From Macrostomum lignano (Eukaryota): a stretch of DNA of 64,000 nucleotides. A program made the translations under genes and the position numbers. The notes under the pieces are model-generated. The model made no database searches. It saw only the letters and a list, made by a program, of their open reading frames with translations, and was not told the origin of the DNA. Below are positions 10,700 through 22,887 of the stretch, piece after piece (within the stretch, counting starts at the first letter, position 1; the number at the start of each line of letters is the position of its first letter). Location: NCBI GenBank assembly GCA_002269645.1, contig NIVC01001871.1, positions 1 through 64,000 on the forward strand, read 5' to 3'.

Positions 10700-12350
10700 T
10701 TAGGGCAACAAGCCTTTGACTAGATGATATGGCTAGTCAAATAAAGTTTTTGCCCATGTAATAGTTCAGAAGGCTATATCATGCATGTCTTTACATAGAA
10801 TAGGCCTTTACATAGGCCTTTGCATGCCTTTACATAGTGCATAGAACAATAAGTGGCCTATGCCAATCCTTATTGTCATTTCAATCTTTGGCATAAGGCT
10901 GCCAAGGTATAAGAACCATTGGCAATCAAGTAAACATGATTATGTCTTAGGCAATATCTTAGTAATTGATCTCAGTAGGTAGGTCAGACCCAGAGGTCAC
11001 CATGAAGACTACTTTTTTCTACATATTTAGCTTAAGGCCAACTTGTGATGTTGCTGCCATTAGCTTAGGCTATCCAGTAGCTACTAGGTATATTTAGCTA
11101 TCAGTGATAGTAATACAAGGCTTTACTTCTTTTGGTGCTATCAACTTATGCATCTTCTTAGCAAGAAGCCATTATCTAGGTAGGCAAGCTAGTCCTCAAT
11201 AGGCCAAGCACAAACAAGAAAGATACTACAGTATCACCCTGTAGCACACCTAATGACATTCTTAATTGGTCTAATAATCTATTTGATATCATCACTAAAG
11301 TGGTTATATCCTAGTGCATTGCCATGATAGTAGAAATAAATTGCTCTGCTATGTTATACATGCAAAGCATAAGAGGTAGCACACTATAAACAAATAAATT
11401 AAAAGCCTTGAAGAAGTAAATGAAGATTATCATGAGACTTGCCAGATAGATGTGCGCCTCCTTGATGATGCATCAGAGAGCTAGGATCTATATCAATGTA
11501 ATGCAATATGGGCAGAACCCATTTTACTCAAGGCATAGAAACTAGTCTAGCAAAGGCTACAACTAAGCTAATAGCACATGGTTGAACAGCTTTGCTGCAT
11601 AGAACATAGTTGAGATCCCCCTGTGCTCCTCCTGTTATGTCATGCTTGGCTTCTTTAGAATCATAATGATATGTATAGTTGTCCACTTATGGGATGTGGC
11701 ACCTCCAGAGAGGACATTGTTATTCATGTGGGCCACCTTTGTGTCAATCCTTGTGACTTGCAGCACTTCTGTTGTAGGGGTGATTGCTCTCACTGAAATT
11801 ATCCCACCGCTGAGTCACCAGCTATTGTAGGGCTACTTTTCTAATTCCTATTATTGAATATCCCATTGTTAAGCAACCAAGTTGTCACAGGAGTATTTCT
11901 GTCCTCCAACTATCCCACTAATTGCCACCACAGTTGTTACAGGTTTTTAATTTCCCTCTATTAAGTTTCTACTGCTGACACTAAATTTTGTATTAATGTT
12001 TCTAGCTGTTTCTTAGAATCTCATATATTTCTAGGTAGCATTCTTGTAGTGTTCTGGTAGTGTTCTTAGTATATGGTCTGGTAGTGTCTTGTATGGCCTG
12101 AGCAGTCTTATTGGTATATGTACTTTCTCTCTCTAGTCTGGGCGTTACCGTGATTAGAGGGTCACAGGACTCACAGTGATTACTCTTAGTACTACTTTTG
12201 CATGAATTCTTAATTCCTAACTTTCAACCTTCTCTGCAATACTCTTTAGAAATTAAGCAATGATCTGAGAAAGATTTATCAAACACGTTTTAAGCTTATA
12301 GCTAGCGAACGAGTTATCCTCCTAAACTCAAACCTCGCTCCTATTTATAC
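10700..12350 (-). mobile_element. Decayed non-LTR retrotransposon (RTE-like reverse transcriptase relic)
   Basis: Stop-interrupted RT motifs in order on the minus strand: HRGISTMFYAAKLFN (~11625-11581), GVLQGDTVVSFLFVL (~11250-11206), QVGLKLN (~11045), WFLYLGSL (~10918-10896). Confidence 0.75.
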
Positions 12351-13256
12351 TATTCTTTTTGCATGTATTTAAACAAACATCAAATATTTGGGAATATTTT
12401 GTAAAGTAAAACAAACATATAATTTTCGCGTAACATTTTAAAACTAGCATTTCTTAGAAACAATAACCACTACTACACTTTTATAAGCTCTAAATAAGAT
12501 CAAAATTCAGCATTTGTCAAGTGGAGAGGTTTCATTAAGCCAGAAGTATTGATATATTTACAATTTTATAGTTGACTATAAGAATGGTATAAAAAATAAT
12601 TTCAAAAGTTCTATATTTTTATTATAAAAATTTGCTAACAAGGTTAAAAATAAACCTATTAAATTTATAGGCCTGTAAACTAATGTAAAATTTAAAGGGA
12701 ATTATTTTATATAGAATGCATTATGTCAAATAAAATTTGTTATATTCTTGTAAAAATGCAAATTTCAAGTGCTATTTTACCTATAATCCCTTGATTTTTT
12801 TCCCTTGCTGTGCAATACTAATTTATTTTATTAGCTTGGCAGTAACACTGAATATAATATATAGGATTTAGTCCATTAAGGTTCTTTTTAGATCAGCAAT
12901 GTTTGGCAAAAAATTTAAAATAACTTTTGTTTGAATAACAGATTTATTGAAGTTTTGAACACTCTTTAAACAAGGGGCCACTTAGAAAAGTTATATTATG
13001 TTTCCCTATAGTCTCTTTGACTCTATATTATGACTATCCTATCATTTAGCTTGCTTGATTATGTTTGAATTGTTTAAATTTGCAAATCCTAATTTTAGAA
13101 GACTTCAACTATGGGTAGCAAACTTTTTTAGGTAAATTTAATAACATTATCTAATCTTAAATCAGGCATGATTCTGGGGTCAGCATGAGTAGTTTAATTA
13201 TAATCCTGAGATTACGTTACAGTCTATATAATTGATGTAACCTTGACTTTCTGTCA

Positions 13257-13892
13257 ATGCTGCCATTTATTCGGCTGCAACTGTTGGCGTTGCTGCTGCT
13301 GCTGCTGCTCAATTGGCTGCACCCTCATCCCAAAGCATTGAAATGCTACAAAACCGATTCCGAAGCCAGCAATTTAACATTAGAAGGCTGCAGTCCAGAC
13401 AAAATCAGCTGCGTCCTGCACTTTCGCATTGACAAATCAACTGGAGCCCGTCATCGCGGCCTCTCCAATTGCTGGAATCTGAATGACAAATGCGGCATTG
13501 CCGACTGTCTGTACACGCCGCACAGTCGCATTGAAGACCATGGCTCGTGCTGCTGCAGGACGGACGGTTGCAACCTTATGGAGAATCTTCGACTGGTCAC
13601 CTCGCCGCCTACAGCTACCACTATGCCGTCTAAAGGCGGCAGTAGCCAAGGCAATCGAAATTCAACATCTAAATCGAGTTCGAATGACAGCGGCAGCGAG
13701 GGCGGATTGTTTGCCAAAGGCGGCTCGGATCAGGCCGCTTCAGTGCTGCTGTTCAGTTTGGCTCCCGTGCTGGCTATCTGCGTCACTGTGGTGCTCGGAT
13801 TCTTCCTCTATACGAGGCATCGGGAGCGGCGCAAGAGTCGCTCAGAGTCCGTTGGATTGGCCAGCTATCCTGTTGATAATCACCCGTTTCCG
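13257..13892 (+). CDS. ACVR2: Type II receptor exon 1 (signal, ectodomain, TM)
   Basis: ATG 13257; donor CCG|GTGAGA. Confidence 0.88.
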
Positions 13893-16800
13893 GTGAGACC
13901 TTGTGCCAAATTCATTTTTCAGATGTAGCTTTGTTTATGCCACTATTCTAGCTGTAGTAGTATTTGTGCCACCCTATTCCAGCTGTAGTGGTATTTGTGC
14001 CACTTTATTTTAGCTGTAGTTAGCATTTGTGCCACTTTATTTTAGCTGTAGTTAGTATTTGTGCCACCCTATTCCAGCTGTAGTGGTATTTGTGCCACCC
14101 TATTCCAGCTGTAGTGGTATTTGTGCCACCCTATTCCAGCTGTAGTGGTATTTGTGCCACCCTATTCCAGCTGTAGTTAGCATTTGTGCCACTTTATTTT
14201 AGCTGTAGTTAGTATTTGTGCCACCCTATTTCAGCTGTAGTGGTATTTGTGCCACCCTATTCCAGCTGTAGTGGTATTTGTGCCACCCTATTCCAGCTGT
14301 AGTAGTATTTGTGCCACCCTATTCCAGCTGTAGTGGTATTTGTGCCACCCTATTCCAGCTGTAGTAGTATTTGTGCCACCCTATTCCAGCTGTAGTTAGC
14401 ATTTGTGCCACCCTATTCCAGCTGTAGTTAGCATTTGTGCCACTTTATTTTAGCTGTAGTTAGCATTTGTGCCACCCTATTCCAGCTGTAGTTAGCATTT
14501 GTGCCACTTTATTTTAGCTGTAGTTAGCATTTGTGCCACCCTATTCCAGCTGTAGTAGCATTTGTGCCACCCTATTCCAGCTGTAGTAGTATTTGTGCCA
14601 CCCTATTCCAGCTGTAGTGGTATTTGTGCCACCCTATTCCAGCTGTAGTGGTATTTGTGCCACCCTATTCCAGCTGTAGTTAGCATTTGTGCCACCCTAT
14701 TCCAGCTGTAGTAGTATTTGTGCCACCCTATTCCAGCTGTAGTTAGCATTTGTGCCACCCTATTCCAGCTATAGTGGTATTTGTGCCACCCTATTCCAGC
14801 TGTAGTTAGCATTTGTGCCACCCTATTCCAGCTGTAGTGGTATTTGTGCCACCCTATTCCAGCTGTAGTAGTATTTGTGCCACCCTATTCCAGCTGTAGT
14901 TAGCATTTGTGCCACCCTATTCCAGCTGTAGTAGTATTTGTGCCACCCTATTCCAGCTGTAGTTAGCATTTGTGCCACCCTATTCCAGCTGTAGTAGTAT
15001 TTGTGCCACCCTATTCCAGCTGTAGTTAGCATTTGTGCCACCCTATTCCAGCTGTAGTAGTATTTGTGCCACCCTATTCCAGCTGTAGTTAGCATTTGTG
15101 CCACCCTATTCCAGCTGTAGTGGTATTTGTGCCACCCTATTCCAGCTGTAGTTAGCATTTGTGCCAGCTGCAGCTTAAAGGATTTGCATCTCAGTTTTAG
15201 CCGCTTTATTAATAAAGATCTACTTTACGACCCATTAATTACCTGTTCTAAGGTGGGCCACCTGTCCAGCCATATCCGGCTAAAGGAGCGCCTGGCAACC
15301 GGCAAATTCGGCTGCGTGTACATTGGCGAAGACGCCGAGACGGATCAGCGAGTAGCCGTAAAGGTGTTCCCGCCGCAGGAGCGGGGCAGCTGGCTAGTTG
15401 AGCAGGAGCTGTACAGCCTGCCGGAGATGAGTCACCCCAACATACTCTGCTTTATCGGGGCCGATCAGTGCGGCCAAGGTCCCGACCTGCGCCTATGGTT
15501 AGTCACCGAGTACCACCCGCTGGGCAGTGCTCACGACTACCTGGCCGGCCACACGGTCTCCTGGATCCAGCTGCTCGATCTAGCCGAGTCCCTCAGCCGC
15601 GGCCTGGCATTCCTGCACGAGAGCAGCAGCGAGAAACCCGCTATTGCTCATCGGGATATCAAAAGTCGAAACGTGTTAATTAGGTCGGACCTAAGCTGCT
15701 GCATTGCCGATCTGGGATTGGCTAAGAAGTTTTTTCAGGGCGAGTCTATCGGCGACGTTCATCCGCAGGTTTGTACTTTTATTTGATAGTTGTGTCTCAG
15801 AATGTCAGTGCAGATATTGGTCAGTACTTTCAGATCGCAGACCAACTATCTGACAGTACTTTCAGATCACAGAACAATTATCTGACAATAGTTTCAGATC
15901 GCAGACCAACTATCTGACAGTAGTTTCAGATCGCAGACCAACTATCTGACAATAGTTTCAGATCGCAGACCAACTATCTGACAGTAGTTTCAGATCGCAG
16001 ACCAATTATCTGACAGTAGTTTCAGATCGCAGACCAATTATCTGACAGTAGTTTCAGATCGCAGACCAATTAATTATCTGACAGTAGTTTCAGATCGCAG
16101 ACCAATTATCTGACAGTAGTTTCGGATTGCATAGCAGTTATCTAACAGTAGTTTCAGGTCACAGACCAATTATCTGACAGTAGTTTCGGATTGCATAGCA
16201 GTTATCTAACAGTAGTTTCAGGTCACAGACCAATTATCTGACAGTAGTTTCGGATTGCATAGCAGTTATCTAACAGTAGTTTCAGGTCACAGACCAACTA
16301 TCTGACAGTAGTTTCGGATTGCATAGCAGTTATCTAACAGTAGTTTCAGGTCACAGACCAACTATCTGACAGTAGTTTCGGATTGCATAGCAGTTATCTA
16401 ACAGTAGTTTCAGATCGCAGACCAATTATCTGACAGTAGTTTCGGATTGCATAGCAGTTATCTAACAGTAGTTTCGGATTGCATAGCAGTTATCTAACAG
16501 TACTTTCAGATCGCAGACCAATTATCTGACAGTAGTTTCAGGTCGCAGACCAATTATCTGACAGTAGTTTCAGATCGCAGACCAATTATCTGACAGTAGT
16601 TTCAGATCACAGACCAATTATCTGACAGTAGTTTCAGATCGCAGACCAATTATCTGACAGTAGTTTCAGATCACAGAACAATTATCTGTCAGTAGCGTCA
16701 GATTGCATAGCAGTTATCTAACGGTAGTTTCAGATCACAGAACAATAAATCACTGCAGGTTGGTACCAGGCGCTACATGTCGCCGGAAGTCCTTGAAGGC

Positions 16801-18841
16801 GCGATGAGTTTCTACAAGGACAGTTTCCTACGCGTTGATGTCTACTCTCTGGGCCTGGTGCTGTGGGAGATGCTCACCCGCTGTACGGACGCGTACGGAG
16901 CCGAAGGCGTGCCAGCCTACAGGCTGCCATTCGAGGCGGAGACGGGCTCCAGCAACCCCAGCCTGTCGCAGATGCAGGCAGCTGTTGTTATTGAACGCAG
17001 GCGGCCGGAGTTCCCGGCCGAGTGCCAGTCGCATCAGGTGAGTATTATGGCCAAGGCAATAGGAACTGCGCTTTTTAGCTTGCCATTAAAACAGACAGTA
17101 TCTTAGCAGACCTCTGGCAGAGAGAGTCAAGAAGGTCAAATGCCCCCCTTTTTGCAAAAATGGTGTCTTCGAGTATTGCCTAGTTTAACCCACCATTACA
17201 CCTTGTATAATTACTATTGTTGGCTTCCTATAATTTACATGCTTGGAAGCGAAAATTCATTGCCTTTTGATAGCAAGCTTTCAGCCTAATATCAGCATTT
17301 GCCTTGAAACCATGGCATCTTATAACTGCCCCTCAAGCCATGGCATCTTATAACTGCCCCCATCAAGCCATGGCATCTTATAACTGCCCCCTCAAGCCAT
17401 GGCATCTTATAACTGCCCCCTCAAGCCATGGCATCTTATAACTGCCCCATCAAGCCATGGCATCTTATAACTGCCCCATCAAGCCATGGCATCTTATAAC
17501 TGCCCCATCAAGCCATGGCATCTTATAACTGCCCCATCAAGCCATGGCATCTTATAACTGCCCCATCAAGCCATGGCATCTTATAACTGCCCCATCAAGC
17601 CATGGCATCTTATAACTGCCCCATCAAGCCATGGCATCTTATAACTGCCCCATCAAGCCATGGCATCTTATAACTGCCCCATCAAGCCATGGCATCTTAT
17701 AACTGCCCCCTCAAGCCATGGCATCTTATAACTGCCCCATCAAGCCATGGCATCTTATAACTGCCCCCTCAAGCCATGGCATCTTATAACTGCCCCATCA
17801 AGCCATGGCATCTTATAACTGCCCCCTCAAGCCATGGCATCTTATAACTGCCCCATCAAGCCATGGCATCTTATAACTGCCCCATCAAGCCATGGCATCT
17901 TATAACTGCCCCATCAAGCCATGGCATCTTATAACTGCCCCATCAAGCCATGGCATCTTATAACTGCCCCCCCTCAAGCCATGGCATCTTAGCAACTCCC
18001 CATTGAGCCAATTGGCATCTCAGCAACTCCCCATTGAGCCAATTGGCATCTCAGCAACTCCCCATTGAGCCAATTGGCATCTCAGCAACTCCCCATTGAG
18101 CCAATTGGCATCTCAGCAACTCCCCATTGAGCCAATTGGCATCTCAGCAACTCCCCATTGAGCCAATTGGCATCTCAGCAACTCCCCATTGAGCCAATTG
18201 GCATCTCAGCAACTCCCCATTGAGCCAATTGGCATCTCAGCAACTCCCCATTGAGCCAATTGGCATCTCAGCAACTCCCCATTGAGCCAATTGGCATCTC
18301 AGCAACTCCCCATTGAGCCAATTGGCATCTCAGCAACTCCCCATTGAGCCAATTGGCATCTCAGCAACTCCCCATTGAGCCAATTGGCATCTCAGCAACT
18401 CCCCATTCAGCTTTTTAGCTGCCTTAAACTCAGTTGTTACGTGTAACTTTATGAGTACATTTAGAACTAAAGCCATTACAGCGCATTCAAAGTAAAACTG
18501 TGGTGAAAAGCTACAGATTATCTGTTCGACCTTGAACTAATTAATCGAATAATCAGGGCTTGTCCTACCTGCGCGAGACCATCTGCTGCTGCTGGGACCA
18601 CGTGCCAGAGGCCCGATTGACAGCCGCCTGCGTAGCCGAACGATGCAAAGCCCTGCGCCGTCTGCCTGTCAGCGTGGCCGCCGAAGAAGCCAGACGTCGG
18701 CAGCAGGAGGAGCAGCTCGCCGATCAGCAGGCGCCCGCCGCAGGCCTGCAGCTGCCGCAAGCCGCTGTTATCAACGAAGCATCTGCTGCCGCCTCCGCAG
18801 AGGAGCTGCGACCGCTGCGCGAAGCCGAGGACGCAGTCTGA
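13257..18841 (+). CDS. ACVR2: Activin/TGF-beta type II receptor Ser/Thr kinase (ACVR2/punt-like), 4 exons, ~571 aa
   Basis: Exons 13257-13892, 15253-15768, 16759-17037 and 18557-18841, all junctions phase 0 GT-AG. Signal peptide, Cys-rich ectodomain ending CCCRTDGCN, TM helix, no GS box. Kinase motifs GKFGCV, VAVK, HRDIKSRN, DLG, HPQVGTRRYMSPEVLEGA, CWDHVPEARL. Short C-tail. Confidence 0.9.
13935..15170. repeat. 31/32-bp minisatellite (ATTTGTGCCACCCTATTCCAGCTGTAGTRGT), ACVR2 intron 1
   Basis: Tandem units. Confidence 0.95.
15253..15768 (+). CDS. ACVR2: Type II receptor exon 2 (kinase N-lobe to DLG)
   Basis: Acceptor TTCTAAG|GTG; donor CAG|GTTTGT. Confidence 0.9.
15830..16740. repeat. 32-bp minisatellite (CAGATCGCAGACCAATTATCTGACAGTAGTTT), ACVR2 intron 2
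   Basis: Tandem units with two alternating variants. Confidence 0.95.
16759..17037 (+). CDS. ACVR2: Type II receptor exon 3
   Basis: Acceptor CTGCAG|GTT; VGTRRYMSPEVLEG; donor CAG|GTGAGT. Confidence 0.92.
17310..18410. repeat. Adjacent 29-bp (CCATGGCATCTTATAACTGCCCCATCAAG) and 31-bp (CCAATTGGCATCTCAGCAACTCCCCATTGAG) arrays, ACVR2 intron 3
   Basis: Abrupt switch between related units near 17990. Confidence 0.95.
18557..18841 (+). CDS. ACVR2: Type II receptor exon 4 (terminal)
   Basis: Acceptor AATCAG|GGC; GLSYLRETICCCWDHVPEARLTA; TGA ending at 18841. Confidence 0.88.
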   Translation, partial: GLSYLRETICCCWDHVPEARLTAACVAERCKALRRLPVSVAAEEARRRQQEEQLADQQAPAAGLQLPQAAVINEASAAASAEELRPLREAEDAV

Positions 18842-18937
18842 TGCGCCATAGGAAGCCATCGTCTGTCTAATATGCACTTTTGCCTGCTCTTGAGTAGAAA
18901 TATTGGTTATTTGTGCATATCATCTGTTATGCATTCG

Positions 18938-19210
18938 GATCCCCAGATCCCACTACTGGGGAATTTGGAATCCCCTTGGCTGTCTCTCAGATCCCCAGAT
19001 CCCACTACTGGGGAATTTGGAATCCCCTTGGCTGTCTCTCAGATCCCCAGATCCCACTACTGGGGAATTTGGAATCCCCTTGGCTATCTCTCAGATCCCC
19101 AGATCCCACTACTGGGGAATTTGGAATCCCCTTGGCTGTCTCTCAGATCCCCAGATCCCACTACTGGGGAATTTGGAATCCCCTTGGCTCTCTTAGATCC
19201 CCAGATCCCA
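18938..19210. repeat. 52-bp tandem repeat (~5 copies) downstream of the ACVR2 stop
   Basis: GATCCCCAGATCCCACTACTGGGGAATTTGGAATCCCCTTGGCTGTCTCTCA units starting at 18938, 18990, etc. Confidence 0.95.
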
Positions 19211-19829
19211 TTAAGACAACGTGATTCCCCATTTTTCTCGTGAAGTGAGCAGCAGTACATTGCATCATACTAAAGAGCTCATGGACAAAGCGACTGTTGT
19301 TTCGCGAAATGATCTATCAGGTGTTTAAAAAAACAATTTCTATTAATTACTGACGTATGGAACAAGCTATACCTTCTCTGCTTCTAAATCCTGGGAGTAA
19401 ATATCGATAACTTTTTTAACTAATAAAAACTTGCTGACTTCTGCCTTCAACTAAGCCAATGTGTCACACAGTCCCAGCGTTAATCTGTTGTGTTTTAGTA
19501 TATTTTTTACTCGCTGTTTCCTTACCATTTCTCCCCCATATAGTACTAGTAGTAGCTACTACTAGTTTTGCTGGCTAACTATCCTTTATTTTTTTTTCTG
19601 TTGCTAAAAAGCAACAGAATTGCTTTGTATATTGCCTTTCGCGATTTTGTCTTTTAGTTTTTTATTTGTTTCTGTTGCTTCTGCGTTAGGGTTATTTTTG
19701 TGCTATATTAATAATGCCTTCACAAATTTATTGTACGAGTATTCGTTTGTCAGCTTCATCTGTTTTATTATCTATTTCAGCTGCCAATGATTAGGTAGTT
19801 CGTTGACTTCCCCTATCAAATCCCCATCA

Positions 19830-21315
19830 GCACATTGAATACCCCCTTCAGATCCCCATCAGCTATTTGAATACTCCCTCAGATCCCCATCAGCTCATTG
19901 AATACCCCTTCAGATCCCCATCAGCTCATTGAATACCCCTTCAGATCCCCATCAGCTATTTGAATACTCCCTCAGATCCCCATCAGCTCATTGAATACCC
20001 CTTCAGATCCCCATCAGCTATTTGAATACTCCCTCAGATCCCCATCAGCTCATTGAATACCCCTTCAGATCCCCATCAGCTCATTGAATACCCCTTCAGA
20101 TCCCCATCAGCTATTTGAATACTCCCTCAGATCCCCATCAGCTCATTGAATACCCCTTCAGATCCCCATCAGCTCATTGAATACCCCTTCAGATCCCCAT
20201 CAGCTCATTGAATACCCCTTCAGATCCCCATCAGCTCATTGAATACCCCTTCAGATCCCCATCAGCTATTTGAATACCCACTCAGATTCCCATTAGCTAT
20301 TTGAATACCCCTTCAGATCCCCATCAGCTCATTGAATACCCCTTCAGATCCCCATCAGCTATTTGAATACTCCCTCAGATCCCCATCAGCTCATTGAATA
20401 CCCCTTCAGATCCCCATCAGCTCATTGAATACCCCTTCAGATCCCCATCAGGTCATTGAATACCCCTTCAGATCCCCATCAGCTATTTGAATACCCACTC
20501 AGATTCCCATTAGCTATTTGAATACCCCTTCAGATCCCCATCAGCTCATTAAATACACCTTCAGATCCCCATCAGCTATTTGAATACTCCCTCAGATCCC
20601 CATCAGCTATTTGAATACTCCATCAGATCCCCATCAGCTCATTGAATACCCCTTCAGATCCCCATCAGCTCATTGAATACCCCTTCAGATCCCCATCAGC
20701 TCATTGAATACCCCTTCAGATCCCCATCAGCTATTTGAATACCCACTCAGATTCCCATTAGCTATTTGAATACCTCTTCAGATCCCCATCAGCTCATTGA
20801 ATACCCCTTCAGATCCCCATCAGCTATTTGAATACCTCTTCAGATCCCCATCAGCTCATTGAATACCCCTTCAGATCCCCATCAGCTATTTGAATACCCA
20901 CTCAGATTCCCATTAGCTATTTGAATACCCCTTCAGATCCCCATCAGCTCATTAAATACACCTTCAGATCCCCATCAGCTATTTGAATACTCCCTCAGAT
21001 CCCCATCAGCTATTTGAATACTCCATCAGATCCCCATCAGCTCATTGAATACCCCTTCAGATCCCCATCAGCTCATTGAATACCCCTTCAGATCCCCATC
21101 AGCTCATTGAATACCCCTTCAGATCCCCATCAGCTCATTGAATACCCCTTCAGATCCCCATCAGCTATTTGAATACCCACTCAGATTCCCATTAGCTATT
21201 TGAATACCTCTTCAGATCCCCATCAGCTCATTGAATACCCCTTCAGATCCCCATCAGCTATTTGAATACCCCTTCAGATCCCCATCAGCTATTTGAATAC
21301 CCACTCAGATCCCCA
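19830..21315. repeat. 31-bp minisatellite (CAGATCCCCATCAGCTCATTGAATACCCCTT)
   Basis: Tandem units. Confidence 0.95.
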
Positions 21316-21589
21316 TGATATCCAATATTGTATTAGCTTTAATGCGCCCAGAAATTTAGCAATTTCCTTTGCAAGCGCGCGTAGTGTTACACACACAGAG
21401 CTCTTGTAAAACAAGTATGTGTATATTTGAATAAATATAAACTGTTCTATAAGTACGCTCATATTTTTTTTCAATTTGCTTTTCATGTTGTAATGACACA
21501 ACACTTGCAAGGTATATGAGAGAATTTTGCTTCAATATTTCTATTTTTTACTACCGAGATCCAGATACTTTTATTAGTCACTGCCAGCT

Positions 21590-22295
21590 TCATCATCTCA
21601 GCTTCATCCCCGTCACTGATCCTCAGCTTCATCACCGTCACTGATCCTCAGCTTCATCACCATCACTGATCCTCAGCTTCATCACCGTCACTAATCCTCA
21701 GCTTCATCACCGTCACTGATCCTCAGCTTCATCACCATCACTGATCCTCAGCTTCATCACCGTCACTGATCCTCAGCTTCATCACCGTCACTAATCCTCA
21801 GCTTCATCACCGTCACTAATCCTCAGCTTCATCACCATCACTGATCCTCAGCTTCATCACCGTCACTGATCCTCAGCTTCATCACCGTCACTAATCCTCA
21901 GCTTCATCACCATCACTGATCCTCAGCTTCATCACCGTCACTGATCCTCAGCTTCATCACCGTCACTAATCCTCAGCTTCATCCCCGTCACTGATCCTCA
22001 GCTTCATCACCGTCACTGATCCTCAGCTTCATCACCATCACTGATCCTCAGCTTCAGCACCGTCACTGATCCTCAGCTTCATCACCATCACTGATCCTCA
22101 GCTTCATCACCGTCACTGATCCTCAGCTTCATCACCATCACTGATCCTCAGCTTCAGCACCGTCACTGATCCTCAGCTTCATCACCATCACTGATCCTCA
22201 GCTTCAGCACCGTCACTGATCCTCAGCTTCATCACCATCACTGATCCTCAGCTTCATCACCGTCACTGATCCTCAGCTTTATCACCGTCACTGAT
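21590..22295. repeat. 25-bp minisatellite (CACTGATCCTCAGCTTCATCACCGT)
   Basis: Tandem units. Confidence 0.95.
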
Positions 22296-22662
22296 TCATA
22301 CAATTACAAAAGTCAATTAAAATCAAAGTAATTATAGTAATTTCTTAAGCGTTGTTTTGCAATAGTTTATTTTGCTCAAAATTTACAGTGAGATTTATTA
22401 ATTAAAAGCGATAGACTTCATTTTCACTATTGAGCTCATTAAAGTTCATTAATAGCATACAGTATTTTAATGTCGTCTATGTTTATTGAAATGGGGGCGA
22501 AGTATGCTACTGACTATATGAATTTGGTAAGTACTAAGTCCGGCGTATATGACTAAGATAGTATTGGATAAAAATACATGTATTGCTTAGTTCTAATATT
22601 CGCTTAGCTTAGAGTAAAGAATGGGTACAAAATATGTTAAAATGATTGGCAGAAAAAATCAA

Positions 22663-22887
22663 TCAGAATAGCGGCTTCATATTGATCATATTCTCGGCGA
22701 AGGTGAACGGCAGTTTAATCACTTTAAGTATGGCCTCGCAAATGTCTTTAATTGGATCGATGCAAGCTCCAAATGGCAGCAGGAAGATGTAGATCCAGGC
22801 CAGCAGGAACGCGATTGGCCAGCCTAGGAATATCAGGGCTAGGAACCATAGGATGGACCATAGAATGCCTGGGCACAGATCGGCCAT
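22663..22887 (-). CDS. Intronless 74-aa hydrophobic small membrane protein, function unknown
   Basis: ATG-to-stop ORF MADLCPGILWSILWFLALIFLGWPIAFLLAWIYIFLLPFGACIDPIKDICEAILKVIKLPFTFAENMINMKPLF. GC-rich codon usage like the neighbouring exons within AT-rich flanks; long hydrophobic hairpin plus amphipathic helix. Confidence 0.75.
   Translation of the reverse strand: MADLCPGILWSILWFLALIFLGWPIAFLLAWIYIFLLPFGACIDPIKDICEAILKVIKLPFTFAENMINMKPLF

Noticed and set aside
14603-15158. MLTTAGIGWHKY repeat ORFs
   Set aside because: Antisense translation of the ACVR2 intron-1 array.
13935-22295. Regularly spaced repeats as CRISPR arrays
   Set aside because: Units are head-to-tail with no unique spacers, there are no cas genes, and the context is eukaryotic and intronic.
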